Below, piece after piece: positions 1 through 8,344 of a stretch of DNA of 49,631 bases (position 1 is its first letter; each line of letters starts with the position of its first letter). Source of the DNA: Parcubacteria group bacterium (GTDB lineage Bacteria; Patescibacteriota; Minisyncoccia; JACQLN01); contig JACQLN010000022.1 in NCBI GenBank assembly GCA_016204035.1, forward strand, positions 1-49,631, given 5' to 3'. Below the pieces are notes generated by a model that saw nothing but the letters and a program-made list of their open reading frames with translations, was not told where the DNA came from and did no database searches. The translations under genes and the position numbers were made by a program.

Positions 1-21
1 ATATATAAATATATCGGTTAA

Positions 22-636
22 TCAATAAGTAAAACCAAAAGTGTTAAGCAGGGTGTTATGCAGAGTTACATAATAAGACGAAATTTTTTGGGCCTCGGGA
101 AAGTCGGTGTAAAATTCCGCGATAACATTTTTGCTGAACACATAGGTGACTATAGAATAGAGTTTTTCACTAATAATATATTCTTCCCGCTGAATAGCCG
201 GCCGGCCGGCCACTTTTAGTTTGCGCTCTTTTAGAATTTTGAAATTGGGACTGGATTTATTAACATCATCAACTTCGTTCACATATGAATCTAAATTAAT
301 ATATTTTCCGTTTGATATCGCCACAACCTTAAAGACTATGCCCCCGCTCGGGGTTTTGACTTCAAGATATTCTTCGTCTTTGGCGCCGTCGCCGTAAACG
401 CGCACCCAGTCGTTGGGGTATTTTACGTGAAAAAAATTATTCTCTTTGGTTTGATACAGATACCAGCCCGAGGGGTCGTAAACATATTCCGCCGCCGAAG
501 CATCCTCGGTTTTAGTGGTTCTGCCAGGGTCAAAAACCAAGTATAAAGACCCGATAATCAGGGCTATCAGGCCTAATCCGGCGAAAAGTTCGTTGGAGGG
601 TTGGTTTTGCTGTTTTGTTTGTTTAATTTTAGCCAT
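22..636 (-). CDS. hypothetical protein with N-terminal membrane anchor
   Basis: 204-aa ORF with a hydrophobic segment (LFAGLGLIALIIGSLYLVF) near the N-terminus. No catalytic motif recognised. Confidence 0.45.
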   Translation of the reverse strand: MAKIKQTKQQNQPSNELFAGLGLIALIIGSLYLVFDPGRTTKTEDASAAEYVYDPSGWYLYQTKENNFFHVKYPNDWVRVYGDGAKDEEYLEVKTPSGGIVFKVVAISNGKYINLDSYVNEVDDVNKSSPNFKILKERKLKVAGRPAIQREEYIISEKLYSIVTYVFSKNVIAEFYTDFPEAQKISSYYVTLHNTLLNTFGFTY

Positions 637-728
637 ATTTTTGTCTGGCGCATTATATCAAAGTGCGTCTTTGGTGTCAATACATTTTATTTGACGTTTA
701 GGTAAAAATTATATATGTTAACTTAGCT

Positions 729-2516
729 ATGAAAGACTTGCTAAAAAAAGTGATTTCCCACAAATACTGGCAAAAAACCATAAAATTGGCTCTAGCCCAT
801 AAAGTCGTAAGTTTTGTTTTAGTTTTATTTGTTTTAGTTGGTGGTTATTGGGTTCTAGCTGGTGGAAATGATTCCGAAACCCGTTATGTTTTAGCCGCTG
901 TAGAAAGAGGAATTTTAACTGTTTCGTTAACCGGCAGCGGCCAGGTTTCGGCTTCCGATCAAGTGGACGTAAAGGCCAAAGTTTCCGGCGATGTGGTTTA
1001 TATTGGCTTAAAAAACGGCGATCCGGTTAAAACCGGAATGTTGATTGCGCAACTGGACGCGCGCGACGCCTTAAAAGCAGTGCGCGACGCCGAAGCCAAT
1101 CTGGCAAGCGCTAAAATCGCTTTGGCCAAACTTAAAAAACCAGCCGATGATCTGTCTTTAATCCAAACTCAAAACTCTTTTGACCAAGCCCAAGAAAACT
1201 TGGAAAAATCATACGATGATGGTTTTAATTCCGTGGCCGATGCCTTTTTAGAATTACCCGGAGCAATGCAGGGGCTCCAAGATATTCTTTATGGCGCCAA
1301 TTTATCCGCCGGCCAAAGCAACGTGGCGGCTTACAGCGATATGGTTAAAAACTATAACGCCGTAGCTCCTATATACAAAACTGATGCCGAAACCAAATAC
1401 ATCTCCGCTAGGAATGCTTACGATAAAAGTTTTAACGCTTATAAATCGGCTAGCCGGTTTTTCGGCAATGAAACGGTTAAAAATTTAATAAGCGATGTTT
1501 ATGAAACAACTAAATTGGTTGCCGAGGCCGTTAAAAGCGCGGATAACTTATTAAGTTTGGTTAAAGACGAAATGACTGAACGGAATTTAGCCGCGCCGGT
1601 CTTGCTGGCTAACCATCAAACCTTGCTTTCGGATTACACCGCTAAAACCAATGCGCACTTAAACAGTTTGCTTAGCGCCAAAGATAGTATTGTCTCTTCG
1701 GGCCGAACTGTATTGGAAAAAACCGAGGCCTTGGAAAAATTAAAACGAGGCGCCGACGAATTGGATTTGTCTTCGCAGGAACTTACGGTTAGGCAAAAAG
1801 AAAACGCGCTCAAAGACGCCCGGGAAAAACTGGCCGACTATTACATCCGCGCGCCTTTTGACGGCACTTTGGCCAAGCTGGAAATAAAAAAATCCGATAA
1901 CGTTTCGGCCGGGAACGTAACGGCCACCATTATAACTTCGGAAAAATTCGCCGAAATTTCCTTAAACGAAATTGATATCGCCAAAATCAAAATGGGGCAA
2001 TCAGCCGCTTTAACTTTTGACGCCGTGGACGGCTTAACTTTGGCGGGCGAAGTGGCAGAGACGGATATTGTCGGCACGGTTTCACAGGGGGTGGTCACTT
2101 ATAACGTAAAAATTGGATTCAACGCGAACGACGAACGGATTAAACCCGGTATGAGCGTCACCGCCGAAATAACCACCGATATAAAAGAAAACGTTTTAAT
2201 GGTGCCCGCGAGCGCCGTTAAAGCTCAAGGCCGAATGCGCTATGTGGAAATAATAGATCAAACCGCTACTGGTCGGGAGGGCTTGGCGCAAACCGCTCCG
2301 GGCGTGGTTTTACCGGCGGCGCCCCGCCGCCAGCCGGTGGAAGTGGGCTTGGCTGGAGAAACTAATGTCGAAATTGTTGGCGGTCTTAACGAAGGCGACA
2401 AAGTGGTCGTAAGAACTATCGCGCCTTCGGCCGCTACTCCCGCGGCGCCCAGCCTATTCGGTTCCCCGACGAGCGGAAACAGGGGCGGCGGGGGGAATAT
2501 ACGAATTCCCAGATAG
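729..2516 (+). CDS. efflux transporter periplasmic adaptor subunit (HlyD/MacA family)
   Basis: 595 aa with an N-terminal TM segment, a long coiled-coil middle and a YIRAPFDGTLAKL barrel-sandwich motif. Lies directly upstream of MacB-type ABC genes. Confidence 0.8.
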   Translation: MKDLLKKVISHKYWQKTIKLALAHKVVSFVLVLFVLVGGYWVLAGGNDSETRYVLAAVERGILTVSLTGSGQVSASDQVDVKAKVSGDVVYIGLKNGDPVKTGMLIAQLDARDALKAVRDAEANLASAKIALAKLKKPADDLSLIQTQNSFDQAQENLEKSYDDGFNSVADAFLELPGAMQGLQDILYGANLSAGQSNVAAYSDMVKNYNAVAPIYKTDAETKYISARNAYDKSFNAYKSASRFFGNETVKNLISDVYETTKLVAEAVKSADNLLSLVKDEMTERNLAAPVLLANHQTLLSDYTAKTNAHLNSLLSAKDSIVSSGRTVLEKTEALEKLKRGADELDLSSQELTVRQKENALKDAREKLADYYIRAPFDGTLAKLEIKKSDNVSAGNVTATIITSEKFAEISLNEIDIAKIKMGQSAALTFDAVDGLTLAGEVAETDIVGTVSQGVVTYNVKIGFNANDERIKPGMSVTAEITTDIKENVLMVPASAVKAQGRMRYVEIIDQTATGREGLAQTAPGVVLPAAPRRQPVEVGLAGETNVEIVGGLNEGDKVVVRTIAPSAATPAAPSLFGSPTSGNRGGGGNIRIPR

Positions 2517-2522
2517 TTTAAC

Positions 2523-2617
2523 GTCAGATTACTATTTCGCTCCTCAGGGAGGAGCCCTTCGCCCCACCCTATCTTAATTAAATAAACCTCCCCGAAGTCG
2601 CTCAACAGCAATCTGAC
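2523..2617 (-). repeat. structured intergenic repeat, family A, copy 1 (inverted relative to copies 2 and 3)
   Basis: The reverse complement aligns with 13718..13787 (TTGAGCGACTTC..GGAGG..TTAA.TTA..GCTCCTCC..GAGCG). It is closed by a locus-specific outer stem, GTCAGATT.../...AATCTGAC. Confidence 0.55.
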
Positions 2618-2628
2618 ATTATTTAATA

Positions 2629-3312
2629 ATGATTGAAATCAAAAATATCACCAAAACATACAAAACCGGGCCGATGGAATTTCAAGCTCTCGCCGGAGTG
2701 AGTTTTAAGATTGCCAGCGGCGAGTTTGTGGCCATTATGGGGCCGTCGGGTTCGGGCAAATCAACTTTAATGCATATTATCGGCGCTTTGGATAAACCCA
2801 CCACCGGCCAATATTTTTTGGGCGGCCAAAACATGTCGGCTTTGTCCGAAAACGAACTCGCCGATATTAGAAAAAATAAAATCGGGTTTGTGTTCCAACA
2901 ATTCAATCTTTTGCCCCGCACGTCTGTTTTAAGAAACGTAATGTTGCCTTTGGTTTATGCCGGCCTTAACAGCGCCGATCGGAAAGTTCAGTCGGAAATC
3001 GCCCTTAAGGCGGCCGGTTTGGATGAAAGCCATTTTAAGCATATGTCTAACCAGCTTTCCGGCGGCCAGATCCAGCGGGTGGCCATTGCCCGGGCTTTGG
3101 TTAACAACCCCGCTTTGATTTTGGCCGACGAACCCACCGGCAATTTAGATTCCAAAACCGGCGAGATTGTGCTTAACACCTTCAAAAAACTAAACCAAGA
3201 ACAAGGCCGAACCATCATTCTTATTACCCACGAACGCGACGTGGCCCAACACGCCCGCCGCGTAATTCATATTAAAGACGGCTTGATTGAAAGCGACACA
3301 GGCCAGTTATAA
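2629..3312 (+). CDS. ABC transporter ATP-binding protein (MacB/LolD type)
   Basis: Walker [10 protein letters not shown], signature LSGGQ and Walker [12 protein letters not shown]. Confidence 0.9.
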   Translation: MIEIKNITKTYKTGPMEFQALAGVSFKIASGEFVAIMGPSGSGKSTLMHIIGALDKPTTGQYFLGGQNMSALSENELADIRKNKIGFVFQQFNLLPRTSVLRNVMLPLVYAGLNSADRKVQSEIALKAAGLDESHFKHMSNQLSGGQIQRVAIARALVNNPALILADEPTGNLDSKTGEIVLNTFKKLNQEQGRTIILITHERDVAQHARRVIHIKDGLIESDTGQL

Positions 3313-3315
3313 AGT

Positions 3316-3409
3316 GAGAGAAATATCGTTCCGAGCTGCCTCATGGAGATGACCGAATACTACAATTGAGAGGCCTCCATGCCGGCTGCGAGGAATGATA
3401 TTTCTTGAA
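3316..3409 (+). repeat. structured intergenic repeat, family B, copy 1
   Basis: Aligns with 44343..44441. The outer stem AGAAATATCGTTCC/GGAATGATATTTCT shows compensatory changes relative to copy 2. It overlaps the tracked ORF start at 3395. Confidence 0.55.
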
Positions 3410-3415
3410 CGTAAA

Positions 3416-4630
3416 ATGAATCTAAAAGATATTTTCTACGAAACCTATACCGCTTTAGCCGCCAATAAAGTCAGATCGGGTTTAACTATTTTAGGCATTG
3501 TTATCGGCATCGGTTCGGTTATTGCCATGGTTTCCATAGGCGAGGGCGCCAAAGTTCAGATCCAAACTTCTATTGAAAGCTTAGGATCCAATTTGTTAAC
3601 GATTCTGCCGGGCGTGGTCCAGCCCGGGCGGGGTATAGTTTCTTCGGGCCGGGGCGCGGCTCAAACCTTAGATAACGACGACAGCGAAATCATCCAAACT
3701 ATAGATGGCGTGGCCGCGGTGGCGCCGGAGGTTTCGCGCCGGTTCCAGGTGATCGCTCCCACCGGCAACAACACCAACACCACCGTGACCGGGGCCGACC
3801 CCGTTTTTATGAACGTGCGCAATCTTGTTTTAGCGGAGGGTTCGTTTATAACCGATAGCGGAGTAAGAGGTTTGGGGCGGGAAGCGGTTTTGGGCGCTAC
3901 AGTGGCCCAGGATCTTTTTGGGGAAGGCGCCCAGGTGGTGGGCGAGACCATAAGAATAAATAGAATAAATTTTAGAGTGATCGGCCTTTTAGAACCCAAA
4001 GGCGGGTTTGGTTTTTCTGGGCCGGACGATATGATTATTGTGCCTGTAACCACTATGCAGAAAATTCTGGCGGGTGTGGATTATCTTTCCACTATTTCGG
4101 TCAGCGTAACCGATAAAAACCGCATGAACGAAGTCCGCGACAGCATCAACGCCATTCTTACCGAAAAACACCGCGTGGACGAACCGGATTTTTCCATTAT
4201 TTCGCAGGAAGATATTTTAGGCACGCTCTCGCAGGTCATAAACACGTTTACAATGTTTCTGGCTTCCATCGCCGGAATTTCGTTGGTGGTGGGCGGCATC
4301 GGCATTATGAATATGATGCTGACCACCGTAACCGAACGCACGCGCGAGATCGGTTTGCGTAAAGCCATCGGCGCCACCAAAAAAGACATCAATCGCCAGT
4401 TTCTGGCCGAGGCGGTTTTACTTACTTTTGTGGGCGGATTTTTAGGCATCGCTTTGGGCTGGGCGATATCATTTGGCGTCACTGCCTTGGGCTTGGTCCA
4501 AACCAGCGTTTCACTTTATTCCGTATTTTTGGCTTTCGGCGTCTCGGCCGCCATCGGCATCATTTTTGGTTATTACCCCGCCCGAAAAGCTTCAAGTATG
4601 AATCCTATTGATGCGCTTAGATATGAATAG
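3416..4630 (+). CDS. ABC transporter permease (MacB/FtsX family)
   Basis: MacB-type N-terminal TM segment, a large periplasmic domain and a C-terminal FtsX-like 3-TM bundle. The ATG at 3416 is preferred because 3395 lies inside repeat B1. Confidence 0.85.
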   Translation: MNLKDIFYETYTALAANKVRSGLTILGIVIGIGSVIAMVSIGEGAKVQIQTSIESLGSNLLTILPGVVQPGRGIVSSGRGAAQTLDNDDSEIIQTIDGVAAVAPEVSRRFQVIAPTGNNTNTTVTGADPVFMNVRNLVLAEGSFITDSGVRGLGREAVLGATVAQDLFGEGAQVVGETIRINRINFRVIGLLEPKGGFGFSGPDDMIIVPVTTMQKILAGVDYLSTISVSVTDKNRMNEVRDSINAILTEKHRVDEPDFSIISQEDILGTLSQVINTFTMFLASIAGISLVVGGIGIMNMMLTTVTERTREIGLRKAIGATKKDINRQFLAEAVLLTFVGGFLGIALGWAISFGVTALGLVQTSVSLYSVFLAFGVSAAIGIIFGYYPARKASSMNPIDALRYE

Positions 4631-4706
4631 AGTTAAATCCCACTTGCCCCGTAGTGAACACGAAGTGTTCTACTATCGGGGTAGACGCGTTAAGATATGA
4701 GTAGTT

Positions 4707-5231
4707 ATGCGTAAATATTTTTTGTTGATTTTAATTTTTTTAGGTGCGGGGGTGTGGTGGGCGCAAAATATCAAACACCGAGTGTTTGATATAGATATTA
4801 AAACTTCGGTTGCTATTGTCGGAACAACTGTCAAAGAAGATTCTCCGTACGTTCAAATCAACAACCTTAAAATTCCGGTGGAACTGGCGAAAACCGAAGC
4901 CGAGGTTCAAAAAGGGCTTTCAGGCCGGGCATCGTTGGGCGCGGATCAAGGTATGTTGTTTATTTTCGCCCAACCAGATTATTACCGCTTCTGGATGCCC
5001 GACATGCGTTTTCCCATAGATATAATTTGGATAAACGAAAATAAGGTGGCGGGAATCAGCCAAAATGTGTCTAACGAATTTGATCCTAAAAATCCTAAAT
5101 TCTATATACCACCCCGGCCGGCCGACAAAGTTTTAGAGGTAAATGCCGGTTTTGCCGAAAATAAAAAAATAAAAACAGGGGACAAGATAATTTTTAACAA
5201 TGTTGATTTTACCGGCTCAAACCCAAGATAA
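4707..5231 (+). CDS. DUF192 (COG1430) family secreted protein
   Basis: Signal-like N-terminus. GLSGR...GMLFIF...FWMPDMRFPIDIIW matches the DUF192 pattern. Confidence 0.6.
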   Translation: MRKYFLLILIFLGAGVWWAQNIKHRVFDIDIKTSVAIVGTTVKEDSPYVQINNLKIPVELAKTEAEVQKGLSGRASLGADQGMLFIFAQPDYYRFWMPDMRFPIDIIWINENKVAGISQNVSNEFDPKNPKFYIPPRPADKVLEVNAGFAENKKIKTGDKIIFNNVDFTGSNPR

Positions 5232-6243
5232 GGAAATTTGGAACAGTTTTGTAAGTGAAAACTACCCGCCCATCGGCGCTTTTATGGCCTCGTGGGAATG
5301 GGGCGTTTTCCAGCAAGCCCTGGGACGGAAAATAGACAGATATTTTATTACCGCCGAAAATAAAACCGTAGGCGCGTTTACCGTAGTCCATTGCCAACTG
5401 CCTTTGGGCCAACAGTACGGCTACGCGCCGCGCGGGCCGGTTCTAAACCGAGATTTTTTTAACACTCCGGAAAAAATAAATAATCTTTTTAAGTTTATTG
5501 AACGCTGGGCCAAACAAAATTTTCCCGGTTTTATTTTTTTGCGCCTAGAACCGCCACTCGGTTCGGAAACAATAATCACAACCAAAGGGTTGATCCGTCC
5601 GGATTATTACATCCAACCGCGCCGCAACTTGGCCATCAACTTAAACAAAACCGAAAACGAAATACTGGCCGAATTCCATTCTTCCACCCGATCCAATGTT
5701 AAAAAAGCGGAGCGTAAAGGCGTAACGGCCGAAATTAAAAAAGAAATGTCGCCGGACGGCTGGAACCATTTTTTTAAGATGGCCGATGAAACTATGGCCC
5801 GCAACGAGGGTAAAAATATTTACCCCGGCCGGGCTTATTTTGAAACCATGCTTAAAACCGTGCCTTATGTTGACGATGCCCGGGACGGGGAGTTATCGCT
5901 CGGTTTTTTTTGCGGCCGGCACGAAGGCCGTATGGCGGCCATGAATCTAGTGTTGTTTTTTGGCCGAACAGCCACCTACCTTTTTGGCGGATCGTACACC
6001 GCCGAACTTTCTTCTAAGGTAACCACCTATTTGCATTGGCGGGGAATGGAAGAAGCCAAAAAAAGAGGATATAAATATTACGATCTTGGCGGCATAGACG
6101 AAAAACTTTGGCCGTCGCTGACTGTTTTTAAGCGGCGTTTTAAGGGCGAGGAATTTGAATACTTGGGCAATATAGATGTGGTTCTTAACCCTTTAGGTTA
6201 TTGGGTTTACAATATAATTAGAAGAATAAGAAAAAGCGGTTAA
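5200..6243 (+). CDS. FemAB-family peptidoglycan interpeptide-bridge aminoacyltransferase
   Basis: 347 aa. N-terminal W..F....GR, a central SSTRSNVKKAERKG and a C-terminal YDLGG...FKRRF, all typical of FemA/FemB/FemX. Confidence 0.7.
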   Translation: MLILPAQTQDKEIWNSFVSENYPPIGAFMASWEWGVFQQALGRKIDRYFITAENKTVGAFTVVHCQLPLGQQYGYAPRGPVLNRDFFNTPEKINNLFKFIERWAKQNFPGFIFLRLEPPLGSETIITTKGLIRPDYYIQPRRNLAINLNKTENEILAEFHSSTRSNVKKAERKGVTAEIKKEMSPDGWNHFFKMADETMARNEGKNIYPGRAYFETMLKTVPYVDDARDGELSLGFFCGRHEGRMAAMNLVLFFGRTATYLFGGSYTAELSSKVTTYLHWRGMEEAKKRGYKYYDLGGIDEKLWPSLTVFKRRFKGEEFEYLGNIDVVLNPLGYWVYNIIRRIRKSG

Positions 6244-6722
6244 GAACGTTTTTGGTTAATAAAAGGTGTTAGGAAAACGCCGCCGATCAAACCGCCGGCG
6301 GTGTTGCTGATAATATCCAACCAGGTGTCGTTGGCAGTTTTGGCGAAAGAAAAGTCAAAATAATTTTGCAAAGCGTATTCCAGCATCTCGTTAACCGTGC
6401 CCAGCGAAAGCGTTATTAAAAAACTGAACACGAAAAATTGGAACTTGCTTACATTCAACCCAGTGTCTTTAACCACCAAAAAACAAACCAGAAAACTCAA
6501 AAACCCGCCGCCAAAAATATGTAAAATCCTGTTGCTTAGTTCTAAATCGCGGATGCCGGAACTGCCGACAAAAATTAAAAAAGAAAGCGCAACCGTCAAG
6601 ACAACGGAATACAAAGATTTTCGGCCGGGGGCCGGCGAGACACCATTAAAAAAAGCCGGAAACAGAAAATAAAATAAAAAATAAGTTGCCACCCACCCTA
6701 AAAGCACTAAAAACAGGTACAT
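6240..6722 (-). CDS. hypothetical integral membrane protein
   Basis: 160 aa with four or more hydrophobic segments. No family recognised. Confidence 0.45.
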   Translation of the reverse strand: MYLFLVLLGWVATYFLFYFLFPAFFNGVSPAPGRKSLYSVVLTVALSFLIFVGSSGIRDLELSNRILHIFGGGFLSFLVCFLVVKDTGLNVSKFQFFVFSFLITLSLGTVNEMLEYALQNYFDFSFAKTANDTWLDIISNTAGGLIGGVFLTPFINQKRS

Positions 6723-6903
6723 ATTTAAGTTTGTTTTTAATTTTTTTATTATTGGATAAAATCCATCAGCTGCGGGACCACCGCCTTTTGCGGTGCAAGC
6801 TGGATTCGAACCCCCGCCTTCCGCGGGGTAAACAAGATACCCTCCTTTTCATCCCGCCACAGGCGGGACAAGCAGGGAGGTGTCCTACTTCACCCCGCCA
6901 AAT

Positions 6904-7236
6904 TTATTTATTCCCATCCAAAGCTGCGGGACCTGGATTCGAACCAAGATACCCTCCTTCAAAGGGAGGTGTCCTACCATTAGACGATCCCGCAGCTTTG
7001 GAAAGGAATTTTTTAAAAGCGTTACCGCTTTTCCAACTTTTGATTAATTTTTCTAATTTTCTTGCTTCAGCAATAGAATCAAAAACCTTGTTATATATAA
7101 TTTCCCAAGGTTTTCCGTGTTTCGTTGAATATACATCACCTTTATTGTGCCTTATTAATCTTTCGGAAGGTGATAATACAGTGATTCCGGTATAATATCT
7201 GTCTTTTTTATTTTTAAGTATGTAAAGATGCGGCAT
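6904..7236 (-). CDS. GIY-YIG (URI-domain, COG2827-like) nuclease family protein
   Basis: LYILKNKKDRYYTGIT...RLIRHNKG...ST...PWEIIY...EARKLEKLIKSW fits the GIY-YIG pattern. The last ~30 codons of the open frame read through the tRNA-Gln gene, so the true C-terminus is uncertain. Confidence 0.7.
   Translation of the reverse strand: MPHLYILKNKKDRYYTGITVLSPSERLIRHNKGDVYSTKHGKPWEIIYNKVFDSIAEARKLEKLIKSWKSGNAFKKFLSKAAGSSNGRTPPFEGGYLGSNPGPAALDGNK
6924..6994 (-). tRNA. tRNA-Gln (anticodon UUG)
   Basis: Hand-folded cloverleaf: acceptor TGCGGGA/TCCCGCA with U1-A72, D-stem GTCT/GGAC, anticodon stem CCTCC/GGAGG with loop CTTTGAA, T-arm CTTGG-TTCGAAT-CCAGG, discriminator G. CCA is not encoded. Confidence 0.85.
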
Positions 7237-7279
7237 TAAATTTGGCGGGGCAAGTTAGACGATCCCGCAATATTATAAA

Positions 7280-7618
7280 TTAAAATATCATGGTTTCAAT
7301 TTTTGACCTAACTTCATCTATAACCGACATATCAACCTTATCAATAAATTCGACTTTTCTGGCTTTCCAATCGGCGCTTTTTAAATGATCTGCCAAAATA
7401 ACGCCCGAGAACTTTCCTGCTTCTACCCAAACTTCAAATGGGTAATGCTTAACCTTTTTTGTAAGGGGGCACACTAAAGCTAGCCGGGATAATTTATTAT
7501 ATTTTTCTGGAGAAACAACCAAAGCCGGCCGTCGGCCACCCTGCTTATGACCTAAAACAGGATCAAAATCAATCCAAACCAAATCACCTCTATCGGGTAT
7601 GTAAGATTTAGTTACCAT
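7280..7618 (-). CDS. mazF: type II toxin, MazF/PemK family endoribonuclease
   Basis: YIPDRGDLVWIDFDP..GHKQGGRRPALVVSP...VCPLT is the MazF/PemK signature. The gene overlaps the upstream antitoxin gene by 7 nt. Confidence 0.85.
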   Translation of the reverse strand: MVTKSYIPDRGDLVWIDFDPVLGHKQGGRRPALVVSPEKYNKLSRLALVCPLTKKVKHYPFEVWVEAGKFSGVILADHLKSADWKARKVEFIDKVDMSVIDEVRSKIETMIF

Positions 7619-7860
7619 ATCTCTCTGCCTACGGGCCTGCCCCAGTTGGTTTCCTTATGTCTATTTTTTGGAGTGATTTTAGAGAGTAATTCTTCCAAAG
7701 TAAACTTTCTTTTGAGTTTTGATTTTGGTTTAATAATTATATTTTTGGCTCTAGGAATAATATCAACTTCCACACCCTCGGCAAGGTTTAGTTTTTTTGT
7801 TACTTCTTTAGGGAAGCGGACAGCCAAACTATTACCCCATTTTTGAACTTTGGTAGACAT
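7612..7860 (-). CDS. mazE: type II antitoxin, AbrB/MazE/SpoVT family
   Basis: VQKWGNSLAVRFPKEV is a swapped-hairpin AbrB/MazE motif. Lies directly upstream of mazF. Confidence 0.8.
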   Translation of the reverse strand: MSTKVQKWGNSLAVRFPKEVTKKLNLAEGVEVDIIPRAKNIIIKPKSKLKRKFTLEELLSKITPKNRHKETNWGRPVGREIW

Positions 7861-7875
7861 AATATAAATAATTTA

Positions 7876-7895
7876 GTATATACGTAAGTATATAC
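7876..7895. promoter_or_regulatory. candidate mazEF operator (two copies of the palindrome GTATATAC)
   Basis: GTATATAC at 7876..7883 and 7888..7895, which is 16-35 nt upstream of the mazE start on the minus strand. Confidence 0.35.
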
Positions 7896-7923
7896 TAGGC
7901 TTTATATATTGCAATACCTGTTT

Positions 7924-8250
7924 TTAATTTAATAGATAAACAAAAAAAGCGGCGGAAATAATTGCCGTGATAATAAAGAAAGCAAGCAGGGTATAGCCGA
8001 ACAAAGAAACGGCTTCTTTTTTATTACCATCTAAATACCATAAGATCGGCCGGCCGAATATTAAAAAGCCCGCCACCGAAGCGGAAAACACCAAAAGCGA
8101 GAGCATTAAAATGGGAGCGAAAAGAGTGTCTTCGGTTTTGTTAAAATCAAGGGCTTTGGGGACGTAAAATAAAAAGGAGGAAATTAAAACTATGTAAGCC
8201 GTGGTTAAACATGCGTTAAGAACGGCATTTTTGGCGATTTTGTTTTTCAT
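7924..8250 (-). CDS. hypothetical small membrane protein
   Basis: 108 aa with three hydrophobic segments. Confidence 0.45.
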   Translation of the reverse strand: MKNKIAKNAVLNACLTTAYIVLISSFLFYVPKALDFNKTEDTLFAPILMLSLLVFSASVAGFLIFGRPILWYLDGNKKEAVSLFGYTLLAFFIITAIISAAFFVYLLN

Positions 8251-8344
8251 AATTCTTATAACTCAAGCGGCTAAGGAGTGGTTTTGAAAATACAATTGAA
8301 CTACGCATCAAAAAAGGATAAGATTAACGGGAAAATAGACTCAA

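Larger units (their letters stand above)
6770..7269 (-). pseudogene. interrupted tRNA-Gln-like gene with four hairpin insertions
   Basis: The 5' 16 nt TGCGGGATCGTCTAAC (7269..7254) and the remainder (6889..6770) match the intact tRNA at 6924..6994. Insertions sit in the D-loop (13-bp stem 7250..7238/6905..6893, enclosing the GIY-YIG gene and the intact tRNA), the anticodon loop (6852..6868), the T-stem 5' side (6812..6828) and the T-stem 3' side (6779..6795). Confidence 0.5.

Noticed and set aside
2258-2611. A 117-aa minus-strand ORF overlapping the HlyD tail and repeat A1.
   Set aside because: It is antisense to a well-supported gene and extends into a repeat element. The translation is low-complexity and Pro/Gly/Ala-rich.
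3395-3415. The tracked start of the MacB permease at 3395.
   Set aside because: These codons lie inside the 3' arm of repeat B1. The ATG at 3416 gives the canonical MacB N-terminus (MNLKDIF...).
6686-7195. A 169-aa plus-strand ORF.
   Set aside because: It runs antisense through the tRNA-Gln gene, the interrupted tRNA copy and the GIY-YIG gene. Its translation is low-complexity and Pro/Leu-rich.
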